DNA of 64,000 bases from Clostridia bacterium (lineage in GTDB: Bacteria > Bacillota > Clostridia > UBA1212 > UBA1255). Within the stretch, counting starts at the first letter, position 1. Every line of letters starts with the position of its first letter. The DNA is taken from contig JAEFAM010000001.1 of assembly GCA_016287565.1 (NCBI GenBank), positions 73,344 to 137,343 of the forward strand. Reading direction: 5' to 3'. Under the pieces are notes generated by a model that saw nothing but the letters and a program-made list of their open reading frames with translations, ran no database searches and was not told the DNA's origin. Of the stretch, positions 1 to 11,232 are shown piece by piece. Made by a program: the position numbers and the translations under genes.

Positions 1-851
1 GCCCAGGGATCCACCAGGTTCGCCGCGCCGACTTCCACCGCCGTTGCCCCGCACATCATCATCTCGATGACGTCCTCCGCCGTGGAAACGCCTCCCATGC
101 CGACGACCGGTATCTTGACGGCCTTGTGCACCTGGTAGACCATGCGGAGCGCCACGGGCAATATGGCGGGCCCGGAAAAGCCGCCCATTTTGTTGGCCAC
201 CACCGGTTTCCTGCGCATGATATCCACACGCATGCCCAGCAAAGTATTTATAAGACTGATCCCGTCGGCGCCCGCGGCTTCGCAGGCCCTGGCGATCTCG
301 GTCACGTCGGTCACGTTGGGGGACAATTTCGCCAATATAGGCTTTTTAGTTACTTTCCGAACCGCCTTCATCACTTCCGCCGCCGCGTCCGGATCGGTAC
401 CGAAGCTCATGCCGCCGCCGTGCACGTTGGGGCAGCTGATATTGATCTCGAACCAGCCGATCTGGCTCTCGCCCTCGAGGATCTCTACGGTCCTGGCGTA
501 TTCATCGACGGAAAAGCCGCTCACGTTGGCCATCACCGGCTTGTGGAACACTTTTTTGAGCCTTGGAAGTTCGATATTTTTCACGGCTTCGGCGCCGGGG
601 TTCTGAAGACCGACGGAATTGATCATTCCGGAGGGACATTCCGCGATGCGCGGCGTGGGATTGCCGAAGCGGGGCTCCAGCGTGGTGCCTTTAAAGGAGA
701 AGGTGCCCAGTTCGTTTATGTCGTACAGCTCGGCGAACTCGTATCCGAAGCCGAAGGTGCCCGAAGCGGGGATGACGGGATTGTCCAGGCGGATGCCGCA
801 AAGTTCCACGGAAGTGTCGGGAGAGACAGAGGCGCGGTTCAGTTTGTCCAC
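1..851 (-). CDS. pyrD: Dihydroorotate dehydrogenase catalytic subunit (class 1B), partial; C-terminus runs off the window edge
   Basis: The minus-strand translation reads VDKLNRASVSPDTSVELCGIRLDNPVIPASGTFGFGYEF...MGGVSTAEDVIEMMMCGATAVEVGAANLVDPW, which is a typical PyrD 1B. There is a GTG start with an AAAGGAGGAG ribosome-binding site, and the start overlaps the pyrK stop. Confidence 0.85.
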   Translation of the reverse strand, partial: MDKLNRASVSPDTSVELCGIRLDNPVIPASGTFGFGYEFAELYDINELGTFSFKGTTLEPRFGNPTPRIAECPSGMINSVGLQNPGAEAVKNIELPRLKKVFHKPVMANVSGFSVDEYARTVEILEGESQIGWFEINISCPNVHGGGMSFGTDPDAAAEVMKAVRKVTKKPILAKLSPNVTDVTEIARACEAAGADGISLINTLLGMRVDIMRRKPVVANKMGGFSGPAILPVALRMVYQVHKAVKIPVVGMGGVSTAEDVIEMMMCGATAVEVGAANLVDPW

Positions 852-1606
852 AGTATCTCCTCCTTTTTAAGCACGGGGCCGTCTTTGCAGACCCGCTTGT
901 ATCCGTCTTTTGTCTTGACGCTGCAGCCCATGCAGGCGCCGAAACCGCAGCCCATCCGCTCTTCGAAACTGAACTCGCCGGAACAGGCCGCGGCGGAATA
1001 TACAGCTTTGAGCATAGGCAGGGGGCCGCAGGTATAAAAATACGTATATTCGCCGGGGAGATGGTCCGTAACGAAGCCTTTGAACACGCGACCCCGGGCG
1101 TCCGTGTAGGATCCGTCAACGGTGGCCACGATCACGTCGTCTCCGCACAGTTCCCTGAATTCGACCTCGCAAAAAACGTCGGCGGCTCTGTTGAACCCCA
1201 GCAGGGCAAAGGGCTTCGCGCCCCGGTCAACGAGTTTTTTGCACAGCCAGTACAGCGGCGGAACTCCAGCTCCTCCTCCGATGAGGAGCGGCCTCGGGCC
1301 TGCGGCGGAAAGGTCGTACCCGTTGCCCAGACCGGTGAGCACGTTCAGCGTGTCGCCGGGGGAGAGGCGCGACATGGCATCGGTGCCTTTTCCCACTATT
1401 TTATATATAAGGCGGAGAGAATCCTCCTCGCAGTCGAAAACGGATATTGGGCGGCGGAGGAAAAAGCCGTCGAGCTTAACGTTAACGAATTGACCGGGGG
1501 CGGTCACGGCGGAAGTATCGCCGGAAAGAGACAGCAGGCAGACGTTGTCCGCGATGGTCTTCTGATCCCTGACAACGAAATCGACTTCCTTAACCAAACC
1601 CGTCAC
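839..1606 (-). CDS. pyrK: Dihydroorotate dehydrogenase electron-transfer subunit (FAD/2Fe-2S)
   Basis: A 255-aa protein with the C-terminal CGxGxCxxC 2Fe-2S motif (MGCGFGACMGCSV). It lies immediately upstream of pyrD, and the two overlap. Confidence 0.85.
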   Translation of the reverse strand: MTGLVKEVDFVVRDQKTIADNVCLLSLSGDTSAVTAPGQFVNVKLDGFFLRRPISVFDCEEDSLRLIYKIVGKGTDAMSRLSPGDTLNVLTGLGNGYDLSAAGPRPLLIGGGAGVPPLYWLCKKLVDRGAKPFALLGFNRAADVFCEVEFRELCGDDVIVATVDGSYTDARGRVFKGFVTDHLPGEYTYFYTCGPLPMLKAVYSAAACSGEFSFEERMGCGFGACMGCSVKTKDGYKRVCKDGPVLKKEEILWTN

Positions 1607-1838
1607 CTGCCTTTACAAAAAGCGTCCCGTAAGAGCGGCAAAACGCCCTGCGCAACGCACGTCAAGTATACCACGAAACTGCCTCCGCGGTCAATCTCGG
1701 CCGGGGGAGGCGAGGGGGCTTTCGACGGGCGTAAAAAATACGGAAAATTTTCCGAATTAACAATTTGTTAATAAATTCATCACAAAAAATACCCGAAATT
1801 CACAAAAATTTAATTTGAAATTTTTGCCAAAATATGCA

Positions 1839-1867
1839 TTGACTTATTGTTTTATTTTTGATACAAT
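1839..1867 (+). promoter_or_regulatory. Sigma-A-type promoter for rpoB–rpoC (TTGACT – 17 nt – TACAAT), preceded by an A-tract-rich UP-like region (1730-1838)
   Basis: Near-consensus -35 and -10 hexamers with a 17-nt spacer. Phased A/T tracts lie upstream, and a leader of about 180 nt separates the promoter from the rpoB ATG. Confidence 0.5.
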
Positions 1868-2046
1868 ATCAAACTGCGTTGTAATCTCACGCTGCGCGAC
1901 CCCCTTCTCCGGGCAGGGAAAAAGCCCGAAAAAAGAGGGTCAAATGAAGAAAAAAACCGAACCGGTGAACGTATTGTAGCACAGGCAGCGGATTCACGCA
2001 AGGGGAGAATTCCGGCGCAATAATTTAATAGAGGTGATTATCTGCT

Positions 2047-5000
2047 ATGGTGCATACCGTTAAATATGGTAAAACCGAAAGACAGAGCTACTCCAGGATC
2101 CAGGAAATCTTAGAGATGCCTAACCTTATAGCCATCCAGAAAGATTCCTACAAGCATTTTCTGGAAGTCGGACTTAAAGAAGTATTTAAAGACTTCTCCC
2201 CCATTACAGACTTTACCGGCGATCTCGTTCTCGAGTTTATCGACTATCATCTGGACGAAAAGCCGAAATATACAATAGAAGAGAATAAGGAGCGGGATTC
2301 GACGTATTCCGCGCCCCTTAACGTGCGCGTGCGCGTCATTAATAAAGAGACGGGCGTCATAAAGGAAGACACGCTGTTCTTCGGTGACTTCCCGCTCATG
2401 ACCGAAAGCGGCACGTTCATCATGAACGGCGCAGAGCGCGTCATCGTCAGCCAGCTGGTCCGTTCTCCCGGCGCTTACTATGAGAAAGCGTTCGACAAGG
2501 CGAAGGGCAAGACTACCACCGCCACCACGCTCATCCCCAACCGCGGCGCATGGCTGGAATACGAGATCGACTACAACGAGTGCATCCACGTGCGCGTGGA
2601 CCGCAACCGCAAGGTGCCTGCCACCATGCTGTTCCGGGCTTTCGGCTACGGCACCGACGACGACATCCTCAATCTGTTCTCCGTCAACGTCTCCGAACTG
2701 GCGCCCAGGTACGCCGAGAACTTTGAAGACCACCTGATCATCGACGAACGCCTGATCAACACTATGCAGAAGGATACGCTGAACGCCGTTGACGACGCTC
2801 TCCTGGAGATCTACAAGAAGATCCGTCCCGGCGAGCCCGCCATCGTTGACAGCGCCAAATCCCTGTTGTACGGCATGTTTTTCGACGGAAAGCGCTACGA
2901 CCTTTCCAAAGTCGGCCGCTATAAGTTCAACAAGAAACTGTCCCTGTACGCCAGGATCGTTGACCGCGAACTTTGCGCGGACGTCATCGACCCCGAGACC
3001 GGCGAACTTATTGCCGCCGCAGGCGAGACCGTTTCCAGAGAGCTGGCCGAGAAGATCCAGGACGCGGGCGTGGAGTTCGTGTACATCAATACGCCCTACA
3101 AACCCTGCAAGGTCATCGGCAACAAGACCGTTAAGCTCGACGGCTTCGTTTCTTTCGATCCCGCGGAAGTTGGCATCAAAGAGAGAGTATATCTCCCCGT
3201 GCTGAAAGAGATCCTTGACGAATTCGGCGAGGACGAAGAGGCCCTTAAGAAAGAGATCGCCGCCAGAGCCGCGGACCTTGTTCCGAGGCACCTGACCATC
3301 GACGATATCGTGGCCTCCTTCAGCTACCTGCTTAACCTCGACTGCGAAGTCGGAAACGTGGACGACATCGACCATCTGGGCAACCGCCGCATCCGCTGCG
3401 TGGGAGAACTTCTCCAGAACCAGTTCCGCGTGGGACTTTCCAGAATGGAAAAGACCGTGAGAGAAAAGATGAACACTCTCGACAGAGACATCGTGACTCC
3501 CCAGTCCATCGTCAATATCCGCGCGGTCTCCGCGGCCATCCGCGAGTTCTTCGGATCCTCTCAGCTGTCTCAGTTCATGGATCAGACCAACCCCCTGGCC
3601 GAACTGGCCAACAAGCGCCGCCTGTCCGCTCTGGGCCCCGGCGGCCTGAACCGCGACAGAGCCACCTTCGAAGTCCGCGACGTCCACTATTCTCACTACG
3701 GCAGAATGTGCCCCATCGAGACTCCCGAAGGTCCCAACATCGGACTTATCGGATCTCTGGCCACCTACGCCAGGATCAACGAGTACGGCTTCATCGAGGC
3801 GCCCTACAGAAAGTACAATAAAGAGACCCAGTGCGTCACCGATCAGATCGATTATCTGATGGCGGATATGGAAGACCAGTACATCGTCGCCCAGGCCAAC
3901 GAGCCTCTCGACGAGCAGGGCCACTTTATGAACAAGAAAGTTGTCTGCCGCTTCAGGGACCAGTTCATCGAAGTTCCTCCGGAGCAGGTCGACTACATGG
4001 ACGTTTCCCCGAAGCAGGTGGTATCCGTTGCCGCGGCAATGATCCCGTTCCTCGAGAACGACGACGCTTCCCGCGCCCTGATGGGTTCCAACATGCAGCG
4101 CCAGGCCGTTCCGCTTATGAAAACGCAGGCGCCCATCGTTGCCACCGGTATCGAGTATAAAGCCGCTCACGATTCCGGAGCCGTCGTGCTGGCGAAAGCC
4201 GCCGGACGGGTCAAGAACGTCGACGGCAGGCAGATCGTCATCCAGCGCGAAGACGGCACCATCGATACGTACAATCTCCTCAAGTTCATGCGTTCGAACC
4301 AGGCGACCTGCATCAACCAGCGCGCCGTCGTCACTTTCGACGAATGGGTGGAGGAAGGCGACGTCATCGCCGACGGTCCTTCTACGGATCACGGCGAGAT
4401 CGCACTGGGCCGCAACACGCTGATCGGCTTCATGACCTGGGAAGGCTACAACTACGAGGACGCCGTTCTCATCAGCGAGAAGCTGGTCAAGGAAGACGCC
4501 TACACTTCGATCCACATCGAGGAATACGAGTGCGAAGCCCGCGACACCAAGCTGGGACCTGAAGAGATCACTCCCGAAGTGCCTCACATCGGCGACGACG
4601 CCAGAAAGATGCTGGACGCTTCCGGCGTCATCATCATCGGCTCCGAAGTCAGGGCAGGCGACATCCTGGTCGGTAAAGTCACTCCCAAGGGCGAGACCGA
4701 ACTCACGCCTGAAGAGAGGCTGCTCCGCGCCATATTCGGCGAGAAGGCCAGAGACGTGCGCGACACTTCGTTGAGAGTGCCTCACGGATCATACGGTATC
4801 GTCGTTGACGTAAAAGAATTCACCCGCGAGACCGACAGCGAACTGTCCCCCGGCGTGAACAAGATGATAAGAGTCTATATTGCCCAGAAGCGCAAGATCA
4901 CCGTCGGTGATAAAATGGCGGGACGTCACGGAAACAAAGGCGTCGTGTCCAGAGTGCTTCCCGAAGAGGACATGCCTTTCCTGCCCGACGGAACTCCGCT

Positions 5001-5937
5001 GGAGATCGTGCTGAATCCTCTGGGCGTGCCTTCCCGAATGAACATCGGACAGGTGCTGGAAGTCCACCTTGGCTACGCTGCGAAGGCCCTCGGCTGGAAG
5101 ATCGCCACTCCCGTATTCGACGGCGCCTCCGAGAAAGACATCCTTGAGACGCTGAAGATGGCGGGCAAGGAAGAGGACGGCAAGACGGTGCTCTACGACG
5201 GCCGTACCGGCGAACCTTTCGAGAACCGCGTAACGGTCGGATATATGTACTATCTGAAGCTCCATCATCTGGTGGACGACAAGATGCACGCCAGGTCCAC
5301 GGGCCCCTACTCCATGGTCACGCAGCAGCCTCTGGGCGGCAAGGCCCAGTTCGGCGGACAGCGTTTCGGCGAGATGGAGGTCTGGGCTCTGGAAGCTTAC
5401 GGCGCGGCCTACACGCTGCAGGAGATCCTGACCATCAAGTCCGACGATACCGTGGGACGCGTAAAGACCTACGAAGCCATCGTCAAGGGCGAGAACGTGC
5501 CCGAGCCCGGCATCCCTGAGTCCTTCAAGGTGCTCATTAAAGAGCTCCAGAGCCTGGCTCTTGACGTGAAGGTCTACAAGAAGGGCGGCGAAGAGGTCCC
5601 GCTCAGGGAGACCGAAGAAGATTACATCAAGAATCCGGACAAGTACCGCACTCGCGCGGACGTGGACAATCCCGACTTCTACAGCTTCCTTGACGACAAC
5701 GGCAACATCAGCTCCGTGTACGGAGGCCTCTCCGACGAAGAGTTTGCCGACGAAGGCAGGAACTACGGCGACGCGGATCCGAACGCGGAGATGGAGAGCC
5801 TTGACCCGGATGCGGTAGAAGACGTTCCCGCCGAGGGCGGCGACGAAGCGGGCTACGACCAGCCCGATCCGGACGACGCGTATTTCGACGGAGACGCTCC
5901 CGAGACTCCCGACCTGTACGACGACGAGAACAACTGA
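2047..5937 (+). CDS. rpoB: DNA-directed RNA polymerase subunit beta
   Basis: A 1296-aa protein with the canonical RpoB motifs. A GAGGTG ribosome-binding site precedes the start, and the C-terminus carries an acidic D/E-rich tail. Confidence 0.98.
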   Translation: MVHTVKYGKTERQSYSRIQEILEMPNLIAIQKDSYKHFLEVGLKEVFKDFSPITDFTGDLVLEFIDYHLDEKPKYTIEENKERDSTYSAPLNVRVRVINKETGVIKEDTLFFGDFPLMTESGTFIMNGAERVIVSQLVRSPGAYYEKAFDKAKGKTTTATTLIPNRGAWLEYEIDYNECIHVRVDRNRKVPATMLFRAFGYGTDDDILNLFSVNVSELAPRYAENFEDHLIIDERLINTMQKDTLNAVDDALLEIYKKIRPGEPAIVDSAKSLLYGMFFDGKRYDLSKVGRYKFNKKLSLYARIVDRELCADVIDPETGELIAAAGETVSRELAEKIQDAGVEFVYINTPYKPCKVIGNKTVKLDGFVSFDPAEVGIKERVYLPVLKEILDEFGEDEEALKKEIAARAADLVPRHLTIDDIVASFSYLLNLDCEVGNVDDIDHLGNRRIRCVGELLQNQFRVGLSRMEKTVREKMNTLDRDIVTPQSIVNIRAVSAAIREFFGSSQLSQFMDQTNPLAELANKRRLSALGPGGLNRDRATFEVRDVHYSHYGRMCPIETPEGPNIGLIGSLATYARINEYGFIEAPYRKYNKETQCVTDQIDYLMADMEDQYIVAQANEPLDEQGHFMNKKVVCRFRDQFIEVPPEQVDYMDVSPKQVVSVAAAMIPFLENDDASRALMGSNMQRQAVPLMKTQAPIVATGIEYKAAHDSGAVVLAKAAGRVKNVDGRQIVIQREDGTIDTYNLLKFMRSNQATCINQRAVVTFDEWVEEGDVIADGPSTDHGEIALGRNTLIGFMTWEGYNYEDAVLISEKLVKEDAYTSIHIEEYECEARDTKLGPEEITPEVPHIGDDARKMLDASGVIIIGSEVRAGDILVGKVTPKGETELTPEERLLRAIFGEKARDVRDTSLRVPHGSYGIVVDVKEFTRETDSELSPGVNKMIRVYIAQKRKITVGDKMAGRHGNKGVVSRVLPEEDMPFLPDGTPLEIVLNPLGVPSRMNIGQVLEVHLGYAAKALGWKIATPVFDGASEKDILETLKMAGKEEDGKTVLYDGRTGEPFENRVTVGYMYYLKLHHLVDDKMHARSTGPYSMVTQQPLGGKAQFGGQRFGEMEVWALEAYGAAYTLQEILTIKSDDTVGRVKTYEAIVKGENVPEPGIPESFKVLIKELQSLALDVKVYKKGGEEVPLRETEEDYIKNPDKYRTRADVDNPDFYSFLDDNGNISSVYGGLSDEEFADEGRNYGDADPNAEMESLDPDAVEDVPAEGGDEAGYDQPDPDDAYFDGDAPETPDLYDDENN

Positions 5938-5956
5938 AAGGGGAAGGTGAAGTAAC

Positions 5957-8900
5957 ATGGTAGATTTTAACAATTTTGAATCAATTCAGATCGGACTTGC
6001 TTCTCCGGAAACGATATTGAAATGGTCTCACGGCGAGGTCAAAAAAGCCGAGACCATCAACTATAGAACTCTGAAGCCCGAGAAAGACGGCCTTTACTGC
6101 GAACGCATCTTTGGCCCAACGAAGGACGGAGAGTGCCATTGCGGAAAGTACAAGAAAAACCGCTACCGCGGCATCGTCTGCGACAAGTGCGGCGTTGAAG
6201 TCACCAGCTCCAAGGTCCGCCGTACCCGCATGGGCCACATCCAGCTGGCGGCGCCCGTATCCCACATCTGGTTCTTCAAGGGCACGCCCTGCCGCATCGG
6301 ACTGCTGCTCGACATGAAGCCGAAGGACCTTGAAAGAGTGCTCTACTTCGCCGCCTACGTCGTGCTCGATCCCGGCCAGACCGCGCTGGAATACAAGCAG
6401 ATCCTCAACGAACACGACTACCAGGCCGCCGTCAAATCCTACGGCCAGTACGGGTTCAACGCCCAGATGGGCGCCGAGGCCATCCGCAAACTTCTGGAAG
6501 ACGTTAAGCTGGAGCCCCTGCGCAAAGAGCTGAAAGACGAGATCGAGGCGCTCGAAGGCCAGGACAAGGAAAAACTTAGCCAGACCGTGCTTCAGAAGAA
6601 AGCCGCTCTCCTTAAGAGACTCGAAGTCGTTCAGGCGTTTATCGACTCCCACAACCGCCCCGAGTGGATGATCCTTACGGTCATCCCGGTCATTCCTCCG
6701 GATCTGCGTCCTCTCGTTCAGCTGGACGGCGGCAGGTTCGCCACCTCCGACCTCAACGACCTTTACAGGCGCGTTATCAACAGGAACAACCGTCTGGCCA
6801 GATTGCTGGAGCTCAGAGCGCCCAGCGTCATCGTCAGGAACGAGAAGAGGATGCTGCAGGAAGCCGTTGACGCGCTGCTGGACAACGGCCGCAGAGGCAG
6901 AGCCATCACCGGCGCCTCCAACAGACCGCTGAAATCGTTGTCCGACATGCTTCGCGGCAAGCAGGGCCGCTTCCGTCAGAACCTTCTCGGAAAGCGCGTC
7001 GACTACTCCGGCCGAAGCGTTATCGTTGTCGGTCCCGAACTGAAGATCTATCAGTGCGGCGTGCCGAAGGAAATGGCCATCGAGCTGTTCAAGCCCTTCG
7101 TGATCTACAAGCTGGTCAGTATGGGCAAGGCAGTGAACATCAAGAGCGCCCGCAAGATGGTGGAGCGCGTGTCTCCCGAGGTCTGGGACATTCTGGAAGA
7201 CATCATCAAAGAGCACCCCGTGCTGCTGAACCGCGCTCCCACGCTGCACCGCCTCGGTATCCAGGCGTTCGAGCCGATCCTCGTAGAAGGCCACGCTCTG
7301 AAGCTCCATCCGCTGGTATGTACGGCGTACAACGCGGACTTCGACGGCGACCAGATGGCTATCCACGTGCCCCTTTCCGCGGAAGCCCAGGCAGAGGCCA
7401 GGATCCTTATGCTCTCGGCCAACAACCTTCTGGCTCCCAAGGACGGCAAACCCATCACCGTTCCCACGCAGGATATGGTCCTGGGCAGCTACTATCTGAC
7501 TCTCGTCAAGAATAAGGATTACAGCAACGCTCCCGTGTTCTCAGGATACGACGAAGCGAAACTGGCATACGACCTGGGAGAGATCAATCTCCACACCGCC
7601 ATCAAGGTGCGCAGGGAAGGCGAGTTCCAGGGCGAGCACATCACCCAGATCATCGAGACCACCATGGGCAAGCTGATCTTCAACGAAGCCATTCCTCAGG
7701 ACCTGGGATTCGTTGACCGCACCAAACGTGAGAACGCGCTGGTGCTGGAGATGAACAAGTTGGTCAAAAAAGGCACGCTGGGAGATATACTTGACCGCTG
7801 CATCAAGGCGCACGGCCTTACCGTTACCGCCGAGGTGCTGGACAAGATCAAGGCGCTGGGCTACAAGTTCTCTACGAAGGGCGCCATCACGGTAGGCGTC
7901 GAAGACATCATAGTTCCTAAAGAGAAGCAGAAACTGATCGAAGACACCGACAAAGTCGTCGACCGCATCAGCCGTGAGTTCCGCCGCGGTATGATCACCG
8001 AGGAGGAGCGCCACGAAAGCGTTATCCGCGCCTGGAGCGAAGCCATCGACAAACTGACGGACATCCTTAAAGCGAACATGGGCGAGTTCAACCCCATCAA
8101 CATGATGTCCGATTCCGGCGCCCGTGGTAACATCAACCAGATCAAGCAGCTGGCAGGTATGCGCGGACTGATGTCTGCTACCGCCGGCCGTACGATCGAG
8201 ATACCGATCAAGGCAAACTTCCGCGAAGGCCTGGACGTTCTGGAATTCTTCATCTCCAGCCACGGTACCAGAAAGACGCTGTCCGATACGGCGCTTCGTA
8301 CGGCAGACTCCGGATACCTGACCAGACGTCTCGTTGACGTCAGCCAGGAGGTCATCATCAGAGAAGACGACTGCGGCACCAAGGGATTCTTCGAGGTACA
8401 CGCCATTGCCAACTCCGAAGCCAAGGACCAGCCTCCGCTTGTCCCGCTGGCCGCCAGGATCTCCGGCAGATATCCCGCCGAGCCCGTGATCCATCCTGTT
8501 ACCGGCGAAGTCATGGCCGATACCGAGACGCTGATCGACGACGATCTGGCCGAGGCCATCGAGAAGGCCGGCATCCAGTCCGTTAAAGTCCGTTCCGTTA
8601 TGGCCTGCGAGAGCAGGCTGGGCGTCTGCAGCAAGTGCTACGGCGCAAACCTGGCTTCTCACACCAGGGCAAACATCGGTGACTCCGTAGGCGTTATCGC
8701 CGCCCAGTCCATCGGCGAGCCCGGTACGCAGCTGACCATGAGAACGTTCCACACCGGCGGCGTTGCTTCCGCAGACGATATCACCCAGGGTCTTCCCCGT
8801 GTCGAAGAGCTGTTCGAAGCCAGGAAGCCCAAGGGCGCCGCGACGATCTCCGAGATCGACGGCGTGGTCTCCGTCACCGAGAGCGGAAAGAAGAAAGAAG

Positions 8901-9727
8901 TCCGCGTGGATTCCGACGACGGCACCCAGTCCTTCTCCGTTTCCTTCCCCATCGGCGTTACGCTCAAGGTGGAAGACGGCGACACTATTAAGAAGGGCGA
9001 CCTGATCGTGGGCGGTTCCGTGAATCCTCAGGACATCATCCGCATACTGGGAGAGGCCGGAGTTCAGAACTACATCATCGAAGAGGTCCAGAAGGTGTAC
9101 AACCTCCAGGGCGTTAAGATCAACGACCGCCATATCGAGGTCATTGTCCGCCAGATGATGCGCAAAGTGCGCGTTACCGATCCGGGCGAGACCGAACTCC
9201 TTGACGGCAGCGTAGTCGACAAGTTCGAGTGGCTTGACGCCAACGCGAAGCTGAGAGAGGCCGGAAGGCCCGAGGAAGCTCTGGCGAAGGCCGAACCTGC
9301 TCTGCTGGGCATCACCAAAGCGGCTCTGGGCACCGAATCGTTCCTGTCCGCCGCTTCCTTCCAGGAGACCACCAGGATCCTCACCGACGCGGCCATAAAG
9401 AGCAAGCGCGACTACCTGATGGGCCTGAAAGAGAACGTTATCATCGGTAAGCTGATCCCCGCCGGAACCGGTATGGGACGCTACAACGACATCGAGATCG
9501 ACGTCACCACTCTTGACCACGTGCCCGCGGCCCTCAGACACAAGGAAGAGGAGATCCCGGAGGACTACTACGACGGTCCTCAGGACGGATACGACGAGGC
9601 AGAGGCGGAGGTCAACGTTTACGACGCGCCCGCGCCGGACGTTGACAGCACCGAGTTCGACGAGAGCGAAGGCGGCGGCAACGAGGCCTACCTCGACGAC
9701 AACGACAATCCTGACGAGCAGGCGTAA
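5957..9727 (+). CDS. rpoC: DNA-directed RNA polymerase subunit beta'
   Basis: A 1256-aa protein with the zinc-finger cysteines and the NADFDGD catalytic motif. It has an acidic C-terminal extension. Confidence 0.98.
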   Translation: MVDFNNFESIQIGLASPETILKWSHGEVKKAETINYRTLKPEKDGLYCERIFGPTKDGECHCGKYKKNRYRGIVCDKCGVEVTSSKVRRTRMGHIQLAAPVSHIWFFKGTPCRIGLLLDMKPKDLERVLYFAAYVVLDPGQTALEYKQILNEHDYQAAVKSYGQYGFNAQMGAEAIRKLLEDVKLEPLRKELKDEIEALEGQDKEKLSQTVLQKKAALLKRLEVVQAFIDSHNRPEWMILTVIPVIPPDLRPLVQLDGGRFATSDLNDLYRRVINRNNRLARLLELRAPSVIVRNEKRMLQEAVDALLDNGRRGRAITGASNRPLKSLSDMLRGKQGRFRQNLLGKRVDYSGRSVIVVGPELKIYQCGVPKEMAIELFKPFVIYKLVSMGKAVNIKSARKMVERVSPEVWDILEDIIKEHPVLLNRAPTLHRLGIQAFEPILVEGHALKLHPLVCTAYNADFDGDQMAIHVPLSAEAQAEARILMLSANNLLAPKDGKPITVPTQDMVLGSYYLTLVKNKDYSNAPVFSGYDEAKLAYDLGEINLHTAIKVRREGEFQGEHITQIIETTMGKLIFNEAIPQDLGFVDRTKRENALVLEMNKLVKKGTLGDILDRCIKAHGLTVTAEVLDKIKALGYKFSTKGAITVGVEDIIVPKEKQKLIEDTDKVVDRISREFRRGMITEEERHESVIRAWSEAIDKLTDILKANMGEFNPINMMSDSGARGNINQIKQLAGMRGLMSATAGRTIEIPIKANFREGLDVLEFFISSHGTRKTLSDTALRTADSGYLTRRLVDVSQEVIIREDDCGTKGFFEVHAIANSEAKDQPPLVPLAARISGRYPAEPVIHPVTGEVMADTETLIDDDLAEAIEKAGIQSVKVRSVMACESRLGVCSKCYGANLASHTRANIGDSVGVIAAQSIGEPGTQLTMRTFHTGGVASADDITQGLPRVEELFEARKPKGAATISEIDGVVSVTESGKKKEVRVDSDDGTQSFSVSFPIGVTLKVEDGDTIKKGDLIVGGSVNPQDIIRILGEAGVQNYIIEEVQKVYNLQGVKINDRHIEVIVRQMMRKVRVTDPGETELLDGSVVDKFEWLDANAKLREAGRPEEALAKAEPALLGITKAALGTESFLSAASFQETTRILTDAAIKSKRDYLMGLKENVIIGKLIPAGTGMGRYNDIEIDVTTLDHVPAALRHKEEEIPEDYYDGPQDGYDEAEAEVNVYDAPAPDVDSTEFDESEGGGNEAYLDDNDNPDEQA

Positions 9728-9837
9728 GTTATATTGACCGGTTCAGCCGCTGTTCTTTTACAGGACGGCGGCGAACTGTTTTTTAGGGCGATAATCAAGG
9801 CTGCGGGCGGGAGACTGCCCGGGAAAGGGAAGAACCA

Positions 9838-10476
9838 ATGAAAAATTTTCTGAAGCATTTGCCGATAGTGCTGCTGGCGGTCTTCGAGATCGTGGCGGGC
9901 ATCATGCTGTTCATCGACGCGGACGGCTTTACCAAATTGATCATTTCCGTATTCGGCGGCGTGCTGATCGCCGTCGGCATCGTGAACCTGTTCCGGTACG
10001 TTAAAGGCCGGAAGAGCGGTGAATCCAACGCCCTGAGCCTTACTCTGGCTGTGATCGTCACCCTGGTGGGCATCGTGGCGCTGTTCTTCCCGGGACCCAT
10101 CTACACCGGGATCGCGGGCGCTTTCGGGGCTCTGATCTACGCCATCATGCTGATCATCTCCGGCGTGTTCAAGATCGGCCTGTTCGTGGACTACAGGCAC
10201 AACCAGATCCCCGTAAACTTTATGCATATGATCAGCGGCATCGTTGCCGTGGTACTGGGCGTGGTGATCATTTTGAGGCCTCTGGGCAATGACGCCAGGG
10301 CCACCTGGATCCTTACCGGCATCTTTCTGATCGTGATGTTCGTCCTCGACGTTGCCAGCCTGGTGATCAACGTGGTCAACCGCGGCAAGAAAAAAACCGC
10401 TGAGCGCGGCGATTCGAATTCCGGTGACAACGGCGCCGGTACTGCCGGAGCGGCCGAGGTCGTGGCGGAAGGCTGA
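9838..10476 (+). CDS. Membrane protein, HdeD/DUF308-like (repeated paired transmembrane helices)
   Basis: A 212-aa protein with six or more hydrophobic helices in a short-loop architecture. The assignment rests on composition and topology only. Confidence 0.4.
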   Translation: MKNFLKHLPIVLLAVFEIVAGIMLFIDADGFTKLIISVFGGVLIAVGIVNLFRYVKGRKSGESNALSLTLAVIVTLVGIVALFFPGPIYTGIAGAFGALIYAIMLIISGVFKIGLFVDYRHNQIPVNFMHMISGIVAVVLGVVIILRPLGNDARATWILTGIFLIVMFVLDVASLVINVVNRGKKKTAERGDSNSGDNGAGTAGAAEVVAEG

Positions 10477-10478
10477 AG

Positions 10479-10973
10479 TCAAGATTTTTTGAATATTTTC
10501 CTTTTTATTTTGCCCCCCAGCCGCCTGATCGCTGCGAAGGCCGCTCTTACGGGGTAAATGGCGCACCAGACGCGGGAGTACACCCGGTATCCCCGGTCCG
10601 TCACCGGCGTGAGTCTGCCCTCGCCGGCATTGTCCGCGCTGCTCTTTTTAGAAGAGGCTTTTTTGCCCCGGACGAAACCCGTGAGGACGCCGAAAATATT
10701 GTCCGACGGGACCGTTTCCAGGGCGTAGGTATTGTCGCCGCGGATCAGATAATCGTCGCCGGACCGCTTTATGACCCGGTGGAGAACGGTGGATCCGCCC
10801 CGCCGGTACAGCACTACGTCGTACTTTTCGGGGGGTTTCGCGGGTGGCTCGATGACTACCAGATCCCGGTCCTGGCGAAGCAGGGGGCGCATGCTGGAGC
10901 CGTGGGTCTTGTAGACCAGCTTTCCGTCACGCGTCAATCTTTCTTCAAAAACGGATGGTTCCCGGTCGTTCAC
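10479..10973 (-). CDS. S26-family signal-peptidase-like protein, ER/SipW type (Ser/His), with no N-terminal membrane anchor
   Basis: It has a GSSMRPLL box (the catalytic Ser). Its VLHRVIKRSGDD box carries His where P-type signal peptidases have Lys, and a GDNxxxSxD box follows. The N-terminus is not hydrophobic. A probable GTG start overlaps the PqqD stop as GTGA, whereas the ORF track starts the gene at 11012. Confidence 0.5.
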   Translation of the reverse strand: MNDREPSVFEERLTRDGKLVYKTHGSSMRPLLRQDRDLVVIEPPAKPPEKYDVVLYRRGGSTVLHRVIKRSGDDYLIRGDNTYALETVPSDNIFGVLTGFVRGKKASSKKSSADNAGEGRLTPVTDRGYRVYSRVWCAIYPVRAAFAAIRRLGGKIKRKIFKKS

Positions 10974-11230
10974 TCTTCCAGAGCTCCCACGCTGCGCAGC
11001 GTCGCAAGGCATTTTTTTACGTCCGCGGCAATGACTTCCCGGGGCGCGTCGTATTGTTCGCAGGTCGCGTCGATCAGTTCTTCTTCGCTTATTTCGTTTT
11101 TCAGTTGCCCGATCAGGAAGGCGGTGGTCTTGTTGCCGCGGATCATTCCGTTGAACGCGCCGTTGCCTACGGGCACCAGAAACACGGTGTCGTCGATGGT
11201 CTGAGTCAGAAAGTTGCTTTTCAGCTTCAT
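10970..11230 (-). CDS. PqqD-family protein (RiPP recognition element-like)
   Basis: An 86-aa protein with a PqqD-like sequence (TVFLVPVGNGAFNGMIRGNKTTAFLIGQL...LIDATCEQYDAPREVIAADVKKCLATLRSVGALEE). An AAAGG ribosome-binding site precedes the start. Confidence 0.8.
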   Translation of the reverse strand: MKLKSNFLTQTIDDTVFLVPVGNGAFNGMIRGNKTTAFLIGQLKNEISEEELIDATCEQYDAPREVIAADVKKCLATLRSVGALEE

Positions 11231-11232
11231 TT

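Noticed and set aside
126-1037. A 303-aa plus-strand ORF with a GTG start
   Set aside because: It is antisense to the clearly conserved pyrD and pyrK genes. Such ORFs are a typical artefact in GC-rich DNA, and it has no ribosome-binding site or homology signal.
2110-9541. Very long minus-strand ORFs (891, 394, 461 and 666 aa) lying inside rpoB and rpoC
   Set aside because: They are antisense shadows of highly conserved genes. Their composition is low-complexity Ala/Gly/Val/Arg-rich, typical of the non-coding frames of GC-rich coding DNA.
10970-11012. A 43-nt overlap between the peptidase and PqqD ORFs, as given in the track
   Set aside because: The overlap is resolved by using the in-frame GTG at 10973. 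That GTG overlaps the PqqD stop as GTGA and has an upstream GGAG.
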